This document shows positions 62,601-64,000 of a stretch of DNA of 64,000 nt, piece after piece; within the stretch, counting starts at the first letter, position 1, and each line of letters begins with the position of its first letter. The translations under genes were made by a program, and so were the position numbers. The DNA is from Balanoglossus misakiensis (lineage: Eukaryota > Animalia > Hemichordata). The notes beneath the pieces were generated by a model, which was not told the DNA's origin, did not search any database, and saw only the letters and a list, made by a program, of their open reading frames with translations. The stretch is from positions 15,423,028 to 15,487,027 of the forward strand of contig CM082576.2 in NCBI GenBank assembly GCA_040954595.2, written 5' to 3'.

Positions 62601-63756
62601 ACAAACAACCAGTGCACCCGTCCATCAACTCAACATCCGTAAGTACCAGTATGGACAAGATATTGCAAAGAAAGCTTCAACAAACCTGTATGACCCAAGA
62701 GCTCCATCACACCAACAGCAAGATGAAGAGAATGTGAAGTCATTATGTGCTGAGCTTGGTAAAGCAGTCACCGCGTCTTCACTTTTCTTATTTTATGATG
62801 TTGACCCACTCCCTGATCGCAGCCAACCACCATCAGTGTGTGTAATAGAGGAGGGCGAATTTGAAGTCCCAACCGAAGTGATAGCTGATAACGCCATTGA
62901 TACTGCACCATCCATCCACAGCCCCATGCCATTTTCAGACAACTATGACATTCAATCTGCATCATTTCAACAAATTGTTGACTATGTGGCACACAGAAAA
63001 GCAGAATCATTGTCTGAGGAGCTCATTGATAAAACAGAAAAAGAAACCAGAGGCCAATCAAACAACAATGCCTGGAAAGAGATACGAAGAACAAAGATGA
63101 CATCGTCCAATTTTGGAGCATTCATAAACAGAAAAGCAGAACCAGACAAGTTGCTGTATTCTTGGATGTATAAGCCAAGTTTTAACACCTATGCATTGGA
63201 ATATGGCAGAAACCACGAAGATGATGCTGTGAATGCATACCTCAAATCTAAACGGCACAGTGGTAACCTAGGCATTCAGGTGCAAGAGGTAGGCCTTCTT
63301 CTTTGCAAAGAAAACCCCGACTATGCTGCAAGTTTGGATAGGCTGGTCATCGACCCAACTGAAGTGGTCAACCCTCGAGGTGCTTTAGAGGTGAAGTGTC
63401 CACCATCATTTCGAGGTATGCTTGCCAGGGATGCTGCCAAGAAATCAAGCTCCTGTCTGGGTGTTAACAGTGATGGGACAGTTGTGCTGAAGGAAAAACA
63501 CCAGTACTACTACCAGATTCATGGGCAAATGTTTGTTGCAGGGTTGCAGTGGGCCGATTTCGTGGTTTGGTTTGGCCCCGACTGTGACATTTTTCTTCAG
63601 CGGATAGCGTTTAACAGCAGTATGTGGCATAGATATTGTCTGCCTGCACTTAATCATTTTTATAACCGTGCTTTCCTCCCTGAAGTTTTAACAGGTCGTG
63701 TGAAGAGAGGAGTCACACTGTACAACCATGGGGGGTGGAAGCCCTACAGTAAATAG
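59607..63756 (+). CDS. SAP + SWIM zinc finger + YqaJ/lambda-exonuclease-like (PD-(D/E)xK) protein, 2 exons; probably transposon-associated (ISL2EU-like)
   Basis: Exon 1 to 60221 (GG|gtaagt) and exon 2 from 62454 (tttacag|T) rebuild SWIM CECPAGKGINGHGRCNH. SAP motif TVKQLKEILKLRGLKTGGKKSDLIARI. YqaJ motifs TRGQS..W...R, TSSNFG, YGRNHE, ASLD, EVKCP, YYYQIHGQM. Confidence 0.85.
60570..62317 (+). mobile_element. 5'-truncated RTE-X-like LINE nested in the intron of the SWIM-YqaJ gene
   Basis: Perfect 15-bp TSD ATAAAGTTTGTACTC at 60555-60569 and 62318-62332; AATAAA at 62296; short TAA tail. Confidence 0.9.
60582..62201 (+). CDS. LINE ORF2 remnant: reverse transcriptase plus C-terminal Cys/His domain
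   Basis: EQAGFR, FIDFEKAFDKV, GVQQGNILSPLLF, FADD, YLG, FRVSAHALRIE...RICVYC...EDEFHF...CPLY; no stops. Confidence 0.9.
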   Translation: MEEQAGFRKGYCTIDNIFILYTIISHYMSLSGRLYCAFIDFEKAFDKVNHALLFYKLFKMGIRGKLFTVLRSMYSDVKACIRTPVGITDFLRCELGVQQGNILSPLLFTLFINDLGKAVHHNFAGVHIACTKLFYLLFADDLSLFSSTPIGPQRLLNKLSLYTCKWKLKVNTGKSKIVVFRRGGRLKSDENWFLDGTKLEVVPFYNYLGIVLSSSGLWDQAQRHLATKASKSLFEVKKAIARFDSIDVDLAFKIFDSKILPILMYGSEVWGFHQADQIEIVHNKFCRFILRLYGNATTLAVRGELGRFTIRTCRLVRIIKYWLRLLSMPQQRIVQKCYIFQYKEAEKSKPCWAYDVKTLLFSFGMGEAWLNQGVGCDVNFINLFKQRCRDIDIQNWYSNLRLFPKMDCYRTFKMTFGQEHYLSCIDNDSHREAMCRFRVSAHALRIESDRKLRNERSERICVYCNSASIEDEFHFSMMCPLYQELRSKYIPRYFYINPSFQKFTQLLQSQNTTIVRNFSKFIYYAMKMRSETVEELSTV

Positions 63757-64000
63757 GTGCAAAATCAGGGTTAGCCAGACATAGTTGTAATGTACATATG
63801 TTTTTGTTGAAAATTGTTCTAGTCTGGTGCAGTAACAGATATTGGGGCTTTTTGTCGGAATTTTAGGATATGCAATATTTCATGTTTTTTAAAGTTTTCT
63901 ATTTTAAATTTACGTTGCATCCTGAGGTCTGTTGACTATTTACAATGTGAAGCTTTGATGACATTTTTAATGCTCAATCAAAAAGATCTAGCTGATTTAT

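Noticed and set aside
59611-63756. A SAP-RT-nuclease operon or novel retroelement
   Set aside because: The RT segment is bounded by a perfect 15-bp TSD and lies inside a canonical intron, so it is an independent insertion.

Overview
AT-rich animal genomic DNA with spliceosomal introns; the gene content looks like an invertebrate deuterostome such as a hemichordate or amphioxus (inference only). Three genes can be reconstructed. (1) A minus-strand anion-selective Cys-loop channel subunit, glycine-receptor-like, with 8 exons at 1358-18457. It has a probable distal signal-peptide exon at 47205-47257, which would give a ~28.8 kb repeat-filled first intron. (2) A minus-strand 8-coding-exon gene (49852-56187, ~1337 aa) fusing a degenerate GT4-like glycosyltransferase domain, a TRADD-N-like domain, an unassigned domain, a coiled coil and a complete IFIT-like TPR domain. 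This is the most interesting item in the window. (3) A plus-strand SAP-SWIM-YqaJ (lambda-exonuclease-like) gene at 59607-63756, head-to-head with gene 2; its intron carries a young 5'-truncated RTE-X-like LINE. The rest is a varied set of mobile DNA: a young 5'-truncated L1/Tx1 LINE, a 4.2 kb non-autonomous CACTA element with a ~32-bp-phased palindrome array, Harbinger-like and Kolobok-like MITE families, an 86-bp hairpin element with a 10-bp TSD, a long inverted repeat, a Penelope-type minimal hammerhead motif, and mini/microsatellites. All domain calls are by-eye motif recognition; no searches were run.
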